From Klebsiella phage Miami, in sequence record MT701590.1: a stretch of 64,000 bases of DNA, one strand, 5' to 3'. The notes below the pieces were generated by a model. The model saw only the letters and a program-made list of their open reading frames with translations. It did not search any database and was not told the origin of the DNA. Of this stretch, positions 49,240 to 57,298 are shown in pieces (the first letter of the stretch is position 1; each line of letters opens with the position of its first letter). A program made the translations under genes and the position numbers.

Positions 49240-50580
49240 ATGGTTTCAATTGATGATGTGCAGAAAAAACTCACTGCTTATTTTGACGACCGTTTAATCG
49301 GACAACCTGAATTAGTAGAGGGTATTGTAACCAATATCAAACTACGAGAAATCTACCATAACAATTTAGCCTTTGCTAAAGAAACTGGGATTTATATCCC
49401 CCCTTTAAATATGCTGGTTAGGGGGAAATCTGGCAACGGTAAAAGTCATTCGATTAACTTTATTTGTCGATCTTTGGGATTACCTTTCGTCAGCGTCAAC
49501 GCCACGGATTTTACTTCTTCCGGTTACGTTGGCGCTTCGTTGTCAGATATTCCTAAAATGCTGATCGATGAAGCGGAAAGGATTCTTAAAGAGAAAGATC
49601 AAATTAAGGGTGGGTTCGACGTTCCCCCTCCTACACAGGACGATAAAGATATTGAGGAAGCCGACAATCGTTTTAAAGCGATAGAAAAAGAATTAATCGA
49701 CTTGGGCGTTCGTATGGATAAAATGGGCCCTAAGCGACCTGCCTTCGCCCACTCTATACGTTTGTATGAAAAGGGGATACCGTACAGAATCAGACTTTGT
49801 TTCCGTAACAAAACACCTAAGAAACTTTATGCCGAATTAACCGAAGGGAAGGAATTTACGGATAAAGAGAGGACTAAGATTAATAGTCTTTTAAACAAGC
49901 TATCCACCCCATATAAACCCTACTCGTTTAAATTCGATACAAGTTTCATTGATAAGTTCAGGTTAGGTGGAATAAAAGATTCTAATCCTGGAGTCAAAGA
50001 GTATGCCCAAAATAAGGGCATCGTTATGATCGATGAGATCGATAAAATCCTTATGGGTAAGAACGGACAATACAACGTTGGCACTCACGGAATCATTAGG
50101 GAGATTTTAGCGTATCTGTCCGGATCGAACATTATGTGCGGAGGGGATATGTTTGATACGTCAAACATCATCTTTATCTGTGCTGGCGCTTTTGACATGG
50201 TTGACTTTAAAGACATCCCCACCGAACTCTTAGGTCGGCTCCCTACACGTTTAACTGTTAAGGACCCTACTGAAGATAGTCTTTACCGGATGCTGACTTC
50301 CCAGGTAGTCGACCCGTGGGGTATGGTCAAACTCATTCTTCGTAATAAAGGATGTGAGAATTTTATCATTAGTGATGAAATCTCTAGGCATATCGCCAAA
50401 CGTGTTATTGAGGACGAAAAGATCAAACCCATTGGGGTCAGACGTTTAATGGCCGTGATTAGCGAAATAGCTAAAATCTATTATCTCATGGACGAGATAG
50501 ATAAAGAGATAACTTTATCAGAGTTCGTAGCGGATAAAGCACTTAAAACGATTAGAGACGGTTTATTAGAATCGGTTTAA
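49240..50580 (+). CDS. HslU-like AAA+ unfoldase (ClpX/HslU family) with a divergent intermediate domain of about 190 aa
   Basis: IGQ motif. Walker A LVRGKSGNGKSH followed by PFVSVNATDFTSSGYVG (HslU: PFIKVEATKFTEVGYVG). Walker B IVMIDEIDKI. Sensor NIIFICAGAF. LLGRLPTRL (HslU: LQGRLPIRV). Confidence 0.85.
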   Translation: MVSIDDVQKKLTAYFDDRLIGQPELVEGIVTNIKLREIYHNNLAFAKETGIYIPPLNMLVRGKSGNGKSHSINFICRSLGLPFVSVNATDFTSSGYVGASLSDIPKMLIDEAERILKEKDQIKGGFDVPPPTQDDKDIEEADNRFKAIEKELIDLGVRMDKMGPKRPAFAHSIRLYEKGIPYRIRLCFRNKTPKKLYAELTEGKEFTDKERTKINSLLNKLSTPYKPYSFKFDTSFIDKFRLGGIKDSNPGVKEYAQNKGIVMIDEIDKILMGKNGQYNVGTHGIIREILAYLSGSNIMCGGDMFDTSNIIFICAGAFDMVDFKDIPTELLGRLPTRLTVKDPTEDSLYRMLTSQVVDPWGMVKLILRNKGCENFIISDEISRHIAKRVIEDEKIKPIGVRRLMAVISEIAKIYYLMDEIDKEITLSEFVADKALKTIRDGLLESV

Positions 50581-50584
50581 ACTT

Positions 50585-50612
50585 ATATCCTGGGCGGATC
50601 CGCCCAGGATAT
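50585..50612. repeat. perfect 28-nt palindrome centred on GGATCC (terminator-like hairpin)
   Basis: atatcctgggcggatccgcccaggatat is its own reverse complement. Lies after the HslU-like gene with only a weak T-stretch. Confidence 0.5.
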
Positions 50613-50643
50613 AATCTGTTAATTTAACTTTTGGAAACTCATC

Positions 50644-51162
50644 ATGCTTTTAGACGAATGGGCCAGAGAGTTTAACGTTCTACTACCACGGGAGGGTAAA
50701 ATGGATTTTATCGATTATCTTAAAGTACATGAAAGGACCATCGATTTATGTTTTTTAGGGGTTTTTATTATTTTGTTGGGAGCGTTAGGATTTTTCCTAA
50801 TGAAAATTAGAATTGACCTCGACAAAGAATATAAAAAGTATATGGACAGACGCGATTTTAAACTGGTTCAATCTATTCGTTTTTATTTGGCCTTTAAAGA
50901 ACCTCCGTCGGAATGCGACCGGACTAAACTCCTTATAAAGAATGAAAAAGAGCTTCTTATCGTGCTAGACCATTTTTTGAGAAAAGACGTTGTGTTACGC
51001 AAGAAGCTTAGGTTTAAAAGGCTCGGGGTTAAATTGTCAGACGGCAATTTCGAGATAAAAATCAAATCAATTTTTAGAACAAACCAATATGTGTTGGTCG
51101 CGGATTCCTCAAAGTTATTAATCTTCTTAGGTCTATTACTGGAGAAAAATAAAAATGGTTGA
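50644..51162 (+). CDS. membrane protein (172 aa), AT-rich gene
   Basis: One transmembrane segment (LCFLGVFIILLGALGFFLM). Lys-rich. Composition differs from the neighbouring genes. Confidence 0.4.
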   Translation: MLLDEWAREFNVLLPREGKMDFIDYLKVHERTIDLCFLGVFIILLGALGFFLMKIRIDLDKEYKKYMDRRDFKLVQSIRFYLAFKEPPSECDRTKLLIKNEKELLIVLDHFLRKDVVLRKKLRFKRLGVKLSDGNFEIKIKSIFRTNQYVLVADSSKLLIFLGLLLEKNKNG

Positions 51163-51541
51163 ATTGTCGTTAGTCTCTATCATTTTTGGAATTGGGTTAG
51201 GTATACTGCTGACTCTTTTTTGGATTAAATTTTTAAAGGGAGTGCTGGAGAAGAAAGAAGCTGAAAGGAAACTTAAAGAGGAAATAGATGAAAAATCTAA
51301 GGAGTTGGATTTACTGGTGTCTAAATTAAGAAAAGAGGTTCGTAGTCTTGATGAGTTACTTAACCATCCGGACTTCGCCGAACTGTACAGTTTTCTTAAA
51401 TGTTCGATAATAGTAAGGTCCGACGCCCTTTTCATTATTTCGCCGTATTGGAGTAATACCAAAGAATGCTTTGAACATATTCCGATTCATTTAAAGCGGG
51501 TTGACCGGATCTCCTCGCGCATTTTAGGCGAACTTATCTAA
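51155..51541 (+). CDS. membrane-anchored coiled-coil protein (128 aa), AT-rich gene
   Basis: N-terminal transmembrane segment (LSLVSIIFGIGLGILLTLFWI) followed by KEAERKLKEEIDEKSKELDLLVSKLRKEVRSLDELL. Confidence 0.4.
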   Translation: MVELSLVSIIFGIGLGILLTLFWIKFLKGVLEKKEAERKLKEEIDEKSKELDLLVSKLRKEVRSLDELLNHPDFAELYSFLKCSIIVRSDALFIISPYWSNTKECFEHIPIHLKRVDRISSRILGELI

Positions 51542-51577
51542 GTTCGATTTCTAAAACATACACTCATTAGGCAAATT

Positions 51578-51817
51578 ATGAAACTCGAAGACTATCAGCA
51601 TCACGTTTCCATCGTCCAACACGAAGATGGAAAGGAACTCCCCTATTTCAAACAAAAGACTTACTGTGGCGCTAAACCAGAACCTTGGATGTTTCAAGGG
51701 GCTGGACACGCCATACTGGCGATTTCTAATCAAAGCTACACACAACCCTGCCCGGAATGTATTAAAGCCATACAGGCGATTACAGAAGGGTATTTAAAGG
51801 AAAATTCCAATGACTAA
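51578..51817 (+). CDS. small Cys-containing protein (79 aa)
   Basis: YCGAKPEPW...QPCPECIKAI could form a zinc ribbon. Confidence 0.35.
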   Translation: MKLEDYQHHVSIVQHEDGKELPYFKQKTYCGAKPEPWMFQGAGHAILAISNQSYTQPCPECIKAIQAITEGYLKENSND

Positions 51818-52703
51818 AAGTTGCGGTAAAAACGTTCTTTCAGCAAAACAGGTCAAGAAAAATCTCGAACATTTACACGACACCCACCTAGTCAAATTAG
51901 GGGCGGTGTCCGACCAACTATTCAGCGTGCAATCTTTAAAAGCCTCATTATCTCGATTATTTGAAGCGGGTGAGTTGGGTGAAGTTATTGCCGACCCGGA
52001 TTATTTTAATGACGGGGTTTGTTTGGATCGTGATACCATTGAGTTTAAGAACCTCTGCGGGTTTATGGTGTCTGATTGCTTTTTCGATCTTGACGATGGC
52101 TTTTTCCATATTGGGTGTAAAGTAAGGTTTTTAAATAGCTTTAATGTCAGAACTGAAGACGAAATAGAATTCATTCCTAGGGTTTTGTTCGATGGCCAGG
52201 GAAGACCTAAGATCGTCGCATTTGATGTTAAGATTCATCCATTTATCGACGCTATAACCGAAGCAGTTAAAAGCCATTCTTACGGTTACACCCATGTCAA
52301 GAACTTCCTGTCCCAAACCGATTCCAACACACATACTTTAATACTAGGTTATTTTGATAAAAATAAAATCGCCCCTATCGAGCTCGAGAGAGTGTTGTCT
52401 CGCCTTTCCTTAAGTGGGGCGCCTATAGGGGAAGGTTCTAGACCGCCTACCGGAAGATCTAAGAAGAGATGGAGGACAGTAGATCATAATAATTCGCTTG
52501 GGCGAGTTATTTCATATGCGATAAATGACCATAGCGAAGACGCTTATTTTGTGGCGGGCGTTATTGAATTGAACTTGAATAATCCTCTAGTACTAGAGAC
52601 CTTTAAACAAGGGGCATTAACTATCGCCCCCAGAGTTTCTATGAATGTGGATATCTTTTCTTCCTGCACGGAACTTATCTGCTTTGATCTCATTCAGGAA
52701 TAA
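51810..52703 (+). CDS. hypothetical protein (297 aa)
   Basis: ORF overlapping the upstream stop. Confidence 0.45.
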   Translation: MTKSCGKNVLSAKQVKKNLEHLHDTHLVKLGAVSDQLFSVQSLKASLSRLFEAGELGEVIADPDYFNDGVCLDRDTIEFKNLCGFMVSDCFFDLDDGFFHIGCKVRFLNSFNVRTEDEIEFIPRVLFDGQGRPKIVAFDVKIHPFIDAITEAVKSHSYGYTHVKNFLSQTDSNTHTLILGYFDKNKIAPIELERVLSRLSLSGAPIGEGSRPPTGRSKKRWRTVDHNNSLGRVISYAINDHSEDAYFVAGVIELNLNNPLVLETFKQGALTIAPRVSMNVDIFSSCTELICFDLIQE

Positions 52704-52706
52704 GTT

Positions 52707-52811
52707 ATGGCTAAATCCAAAATGTCCGACTTTATTGATATTGCCGTGCTGTTCCTGGTAATATCTCTCGTCTTAACCTTTTTCTTTTACGCTATTATTA
52801 AATATGGATAA
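52707..52811 (+). CDS. small hydrophobic peptide (34 aa), below the cutoff of the ORF track
   Basis: ATG 3 nt after the upstream stop. Sequence MAKSKMSDFIDIAVLFLVISLVLTFFFYAIIKYG has a single transmembrane helix. Overlaps the next start. Confidence 0.3.
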   Translation: MAKSKMSDFIDIAVLFLVISLVLTFFFYAIIKYG

Positions 52812-53154
52812 AACTACTATGTTTGACCTTATTAAGCTTCTCGAGATCTTCCTGGGATTCTTTATTTGTATTCTGCTGATCGTTCTGCTCATCATAACGG
52901 TACGGAAAAACAAATACCCTCAACTACCGCCCACCCATGAAACGATACGTTACATCATCTCTGGGGCTCTCCAGACGAAGAAATACGACACGCCTGATCT
53001 TTATACCTATCTCGGTATAAAACTCTCTAAAGAGTATGGAGAGTTCTTAAACATAAAGATAGAGTACGATCTATTATCCCCTCCCGGGCAAGTAACCTTT
53101 TACATAAAGGATTATAGGCTTAAACGAGTTTACCCGCTAACCTTTAACGCATAA
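52804..53154 (+). CDS. membrane protein (116 aa)
   Basis: Transmembrane segment FLGFFICILLIVLLIITV. Strong terminator follows. Confidence 0.4.
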   Translation: MDKTTMFDLIKLLEIFLGFFICILLIVLLIITVRKNKYPQLPPTHETIRYIISGALQTKKYDTPDLYTYLGIKLSKEYGEFLNIKIEYDLLSPPGQVTFYIKDYRLKRVYPLTFNA

Positions 53155-53164
53155 AACATAGTCC

Positions 53165-53218
53165 TACTCCTACTCCCGTAATAGGGAGTAGGAGTACTCT
53201 TATGAATTTATTTTTAAT
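53165..53218 (+). terminator. intrinsic terminator
   Basis: Stem tactcctactccc / gggagtaggagta with loop gtaat, followed by a T-rich run. Confidence 0.55.
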
Positions 53219-53530
53219 TAATTAATGTTAAACCTAGGATAGTATAGTATAAATAGCTCTAGCGTAATATATTAGGCCTTCGGCCTAAAGGGCTAGGGTA
53301 AGTCAATTCGTTCGTTTCAGCATCAATCAAGGTATTCGCTACGCTCATACTTTCTTATGCTTACACTCACCCATGCAACCTGGAGAGAAACCCCGACTGA
53401 ACAAAGTTGTTTATTCCTTCTCAGGGGAATAAACAGTTCGTCGGCTAAAGACATAGGATGTTTTATGATCAGTAAAGAAATACGATAATCTAAACTTATT
53501 AGTTCAAACACTGTAATCTAGGAGATAACC

Positions 53531-53647
53531 ATGAATATCGTAATGCCATTAAAGTTACTCGGAGGGTTACTTATCCTGGGGGTGAGTTTTGGATTACTGG
53601 TTTATCTCATTGTTAAACTCTCCGTTAAAATGGCGTATAAAAAATGA
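53531..53647 (+). CDS. small transmembrane peptide (38 aa), below the cutoff of the ORF track
   Basis: AGGAGATAACC Shine-Dalgarno. Sequence MNIVMPLKLLGGLLILGVSFGLLVYLIVKLSVKMAYKK. Stop overlaps the next start (ATGA). Confidence 0.35.
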   Translation: MNIVMPLKLLGGLLILGVSFGLLVYLIVKLSVKMAYKK

Positions 53648-54111
53648 GTGAAGAAGAGCTGTCATTAGGTTATATTTCGGTTAAAGTCATTCCCACTCAG
53701 GAAGGGATTCTTAAAGATAAGGTGTTGGATGCAGGCTGTCTTCCGTTAGATGAAGGGTCGTACCACGCTACGCTTATTTTTGATATTCATCAGGATGGTG
53801 TCATTCCCAACGTACCTATGATTCCTGAAAAGATCTTCGAGGGAAAGGTTATTGGAATCAAGGAACTCGGAGAGCGTAAAGGAGATATTATCTCAGCCGT
53901 TGTACTCGAACTGGATTCTCCTGAACTGATAGAAGAACACGATCGGTTAATACAATGTGGGTATGGTCATTCCTATCCGGATTACATCCCCCATATTTCG
54001 CTCGCTTACAAGGTCACAGAAGAGCAAATGGAAGATCTCAAACGACAGTGTGAGTCGCTTATTGGTAAAACGTTCTACTTATCCGGAGAAAGCATCGACT
54101 GGATAGATTAA
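53644..54111 (+). CDS. 2H-phosphoesterase superfamily protein; Acb1-like candidate anti-CBASS nuclease
   Basis: Two HxT/S motifs at the spacing expected for the 2H fold: YH41-A-T43LIF and PH117-I-S119LAY. About 155 aa, similar to T4 Acb1 (about 152 aa). Confidence 0.5.
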   Translation: MSEEELSLGYISVKVIPTQEGILKDKVLDAGCLPLDEGSYHATLIFDIHQDGVIPNVPMIPEKIFEGKVIGIKELGERKGDIISAVVLELDSPELIEEHDRLIQCGYGHSYPDYIPHISLAYKVTEEQMEDLKRQCESLIGKTFYLSGESIDWID

Positions 54112-54124
54112 GAGGTAAAGGGGT

Positions 54125-54553
54125 ATGTCTGATAAACTTACTGTATCACTTTTTAAGCTTATAAAAAACCACACTGGGTTAACGTTAAAGGAAGGCGAAT
54201 TCTCTTTAACGGGAGAAAGACCCTTTTGGTTCAGAATACCTCCTTTTCCCCTTAACCCCAGTTCAAGAGAGAGATTGAGAGATCTCTTTCAAGATAACTT
54301 TGATGTGACTGTAGTTGATTATGTTGACGATTACCAGATCATATTCAGCCAAATTGAACCAACAACTTCTCGTCGTATAAAACGCGTCAGGAACATCCTA
54401 GATGTGTTAGAAAGAGAGTACGGTAGAAACTGTCTCAGACCAGAAACCGGTAGAATCTTGAGCGGATATTACTCTACTCATAAAGACAGAATAGAACAGG
54501 AAGAACTTGCTTATAATAAAAAGATTTTAAATGAAGCGTTACGAAGACGCTAA
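54125..54553 (+). CDS. hypothetical protein (142 aa)
   Basis: ORF with GAGGTAAAGGGGT Shine-Dalgarno. Confidence 0.4.
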   Translation: MSDKLTVSLFKLIKNHTGLTLKEGEFSLTGERPFWFRIPPFPLNPSSRERLRDLFQDNFDVTVVDYVDDYQIIFSQIEPTTSRRIKRVRNILDVLEREYGRNCLRPETGRILSGYYSTHKDRIEQEELAYNKKILNEALRRR

Positions 54554-54594
54554 TCTTATGCGATATTTTTAATCTTAAAACGTGGGGTGGGTAA

Positions 54595-54918
54595 ATGACG
54601 TACGATGAAGTCGAGAAATATCTGGAAATGGGAGAGGCTATCTCTAAGGGTAGTTGGAAAGCTAACGAAGCGGTTTATTTAGAGCCGACAACGTTACTTA
54701 ATCCAGCTCACTATCCTGAGTGTTTAAAAGCCGCAGGTATTAACTCCCTTTTGAGAGTCGATCGGCATTTAGTGCGTGTTACCGCGAGTAACACTGTTGA
54801 GCGTTTTATTCCCAACATTGTAGAAAGAAAAGAAAACGATTGGTACGTTAAGAGTTACACCTTCGAACAAAATAAAGCATTGCCAGAACACAATCAAACC
54901 CAAGAAGAAGCTGCATAA
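54595..54918 (+). CDS. DUF2829-type small protein; Tad2-like candidate anti-Thoeris sponge
   Basis: N-terminal YDEVEKYLEMGEAISKGSWKANEAVYLE matches the DUF2829 pattern (F.EAL.aLK.GkkV.RkgW....a.i.L). C-terminal ENDWYV matches its terminal DW motif. Confidence 0.4.
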   Translation: MTYDEVEKYLEMGEAISKGSWKANEAVYLEPTTLLNPAHYPECLKAAGINSLLRVDRHLVRVTASNTVERFIPNIVERKENDWYVKSYTFEQNKALPEHNQTQEEAA

Positions 54919-54923
54919 TAACA

Positions 54924-54935
54924 CCCCCCCCCCCC
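54924..54935 (+). repeat. C12 homopolymer tract
   Basis: Twelve consecutive C residues, 6 nt after the stop codon and 14 nt before the terminator hairpin. Confidence 0.9.
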
Positions 54936-54949
54936 TACACTTAGATTTT

Positions 54950-54988
54950 AACCAGGAGAGGCGTAAGCCTCTCCTGGTTTATTTTACA
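54950..54988 (+). terminator. intrinsic terminator
   Basis: Stem aaccaggagaggc / gcctctcctggtt with loop gtaa, followed by tattttac. Confidence 0.65.
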
Positions 54989-55053
54989 TGTATTCTTTTT
55001 TGGATCGATATTATTAAAGTGTAAACCTCAATAACTTTTTAGGAATTAACATC

Positions 55054-55269
55054 ATGAATGGTCTTTTTGGAACAGGTTGTTTGCTGTTAGGTGCTGCGGT
55101 GTATTTCTTCCTGAAGTACCTGGAACTGCGTAAAGATTTTAAAGAGAATAAGATTAAAGACAAGGGTCGGGCGTCTGGGTATAAAAATGCCTATTTCTCT
55201 TTAACCATTTGCGTTTTGGGCCTGGGCGTCTTTTTAATGGTTAATGGGACTCTGTTGGAGATCAGATAA
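55054..55269 (+). CDS. small membrane protein (71 aa)
   Basis: Two hydrophobic segments (LFGTGCLLLGAAVYFFL and YFSLTICVLGLGVFLMV). Confidence 0.35.
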   Translation: MNGLFGTGCLLLGAAVYFFLKYLELRKDFKENKIKDKGRASGYKNAYFSLTICVLGLGVFLMVNGTLLEIR

Positions 55270-55736
55270 TGGATATCGTTATGCTGACCGACGCAGAAAC
55301 AGTTTTGGATGTCGTCGATGCAGAGGAATACTATCTTCCTACGGGAATTATGCGGCATTGGATACAGATGGCTATCCGAAGAGGGCCTGGGCATTGTAGG
55401 GCATTTTGGTTTGAAGGTGGGATCTTTGTTTTGACCAAAATACCCTTAACGAATAGTAATACCTGGAACGCTTCGATTTGGATTTCTGAAGATTACAGGC
55501 GAAAAGGACTGGCCAAGCGAATAACCGTTTTGGCTTTGGATATGTTCAGACTGGCTAACGCGACTCTACGTTTCCATCCTTGGGATCAGCGTAGCGTTGC
55601 ATTCTTTTCTAATTTGGTTAACGAGGGATTGTTGACCGGGAAGAATTTTGGGGATATTGGGTCAAGACGTCTTTTATCTTCTGAACTCCTTAAAGACCCT
55701 GAGACTTTTACATCCCAGCGCGTTGAGTTAGTTTAA
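55269..55736 (+). CDS. possible GNAT-type acetyltransferase (155 aa)
   Basis: RRKGLAKRI fits the GNAT motif A pattern (R/Q-x-x-G-x-A/G). Otherwise weak. Confidence 0.3.
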   Translation: MDIVMLTDAETVLDVVDAEEYYLPTGIMRHWIQMAIRRGPGHCRAFWFEGGIFVLTKIPLTNSNTWNASIWISEDYRRKGLAKRITVLALDMFRLANATLRFHPWDQRSVAFFSNLVNEGLLTGKNFGDIGSRRLLSSELLKDPETFTSQRVELV

Positions 55737-55760
55737 TCTTTCATAGTAAGAGGTAATAAA

Positions 55761-56141
55761 ATGGACCGTAACGAATTAGCGATTATTCTCATCGATCAAC
55801 TTAACAAATTCCTTTACCCTAAACTTGAGAAAACCAATATGACGAAATTTTGTCTATTGGGAACGCTGAGCCTTGAGGTCGTCACCGGTCAGTTTTATGA
55901 TCATAAAACATGCGTGGGGTCGGAGGATATCCTTGCATTGCTCAAAGAGCACGGGATTAACAACGACGGATTCTTAAGCGTAGAAAAACGACTATCGGCC
56001 TTTGGCGACATTTTGACATCCTATTCCTATAGAGTTCTAGGGGATCGTTATGGCGATTCTTTTGTTACTGTGAATTTCAATTTGAATTTAACCAATCTTA
56101 ACATGCTTGAGTTTACTAACGAACTAGCGCGGTACGAATAA
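55761..56141 (+). CDS. hypothetical protein (126 aa)
   Basis: ORF with GAGGTAATAAA Shine-Dalgarno. Confidence 0.4.
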   Translation: MDRNELAIILIDQLNKFLYPKLEKTNMTKFCLLGTLSLEVVTGQFYDHKTCVGSEDILALLKEHGINNDGFLSVEKRLSAFGDILTSYSYRVLGDRYGDSFVTVNFNLNLTNLNMLEFTNELARYE

Positions 56142-56186
56142 ATCATAGTCCCGCCAATTTATTTTATACTTTTAGGAAACGCCATC

Positions 56187-56927
56187 ATGAACATCAATCA
56201 GTTGCCAGAGAACCATCACGTCATTTCTTCTATGGTCAATCCGTTTGACGCTAATGAGGAATTGTTCTTCGTTACCCATGCTCGTGTAAATACTTACTTG
56301 GATCTCGATGTTTGGTTCTGCGATATGGGTACCGGGGATATGAGAGTTGTCGAGCCCTACGGCAAAGTATCCGACGTTCGGTTGCATGATTACATGGAAA
56401 GACATGTTGCGAACAATTCGGATCAATTTCTTTATCCCACCGTGATCGCCCCGCTGAGTTTGCAGGATACCGTTCTAAAGGTGGAGGGTATTCTCGGTGG
56501 TGATAAACTTAACCCATTTCCGTTATCTGGAAGCGGCGCCGACCCGATGACCGGATGGTACACCGACCCTCACGGAGTGAAAAGGAATATTCGAAAATTA
56601 CCGGATATTTTTGATTTATTAAAGGATGAACAACAAGAAAACACTCACCCTCTCGAAAGTACTAACACCAGTAAATCCCTTCATCGCCCTTCGCCAGAGG
56701 AAATATCAGCTGGAGCGACTAAGGAGTACGAAGCGAGGAAAGCGGCTTTAAAAGAACTTCTGGAAACCGGAGGTGAAATTAAAGCCATTCCTAAAATTGT
56801 TCATTACACTAAATTGGTGAGTTACGATGAAAAGGCTCATATCCCTACTCCAAGAAAAGGGAAGCTCAAGAAACCAAACCATAATCTTAACGCGATCATG
56901 GGGTTGTTAGCGAGGACCAAGAAGTGA
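56187..56927 (+). CDS. hypothetical protein (246 aa)
   Basis: ORF with AGGAAAC Shine-Dalgarno. Confidence 0.4.
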   Translation: MNINQLPENHHVISSMVNPFDANEELFFVTHARVNTYLDLDVWFCDMGTGDMRVVEPYGKVSDVRLHDYMERHVANNSDQFLYPTVIAPLSLQDTVLKVEGILGGDKLNPFPLSGSGADPMTGWYTDPHGVKRNIRKLPDIFDLLKDEQQENTHPLESTNTSKSLHRPSPEEISAGATKEYEARKAALKELLETGGEIKAIPKIVHYTKLVSYDEKAHIPTPRKGKLKKPNHNLNAIMGLLARTKK

Positions 56928-57298
56928 CAGAAGCGTATCAGAGTTGGGCTGCTGATTTTAAAAAATCCGTGGGTCGACTCAAGGAAGTAAAATCGGCCGG
57001 CTACGGTAAATATCGTTTAGGTGTGCAGGATCCGCCAGGAAAGCCCTACGTTCTGGTGGAAGTAAAAACTTCCGATTGTGCGTACACGCCCAACTATTCG
57101 TTGGATCTTGTGAAAACGATTAAGATTCCAAAACCTAAAGGGTTGCGGTTATCGGTAGAACGTCGTATTCGATTAGTAGGGTACCTTTTACAAATCGGCG
57201 TGTTTGATTTACTCACTCAGGCAGAATGGGGGATGGTCTTTAATGTCTCTCGTGGGTCCATCTGGCATTATAAGAAACAGTACGAGGAATCGTTATGA
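56924..57298 (+). CDS. small protein with C-terminal helix-turn-helix-like segment (124 aa)
   Basis: The segment LTQAEWGMVFNVSRGSIWHYKKQ resembles a sigma region-4 or HTH DNA-binding helix pair. Coupled to the flanking ORFs. Confidence 0.35.
   Translation: MTEAYQSWAADFKKSVGRLKEVKSAGYGKYRLGVQDPPGKPYVLVEVKTSDCAYTPNYSLDLVKTIKIPKPKGLRLSVERRIRLVGYLLQIGVFDLLTQAEWGMVFNVSRGSIWHYKKQYEESL

Noticed and set aside
53248-53255. TATAAATA as evidence for T4-type late transcription
   Set aside because: It is the only occurrence found by eye, and none of the structural genes has it upstream. It is kept only as a local observation in the long non-coding region.
53219-53530. Possible tRNA or other structured RNA gene in the long intergenic region
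   Set aside because: I could not fold a cloverleaf with a 7-bp acceptor stem and a T-loop (GTTCRANYC), only isolated hairpins.
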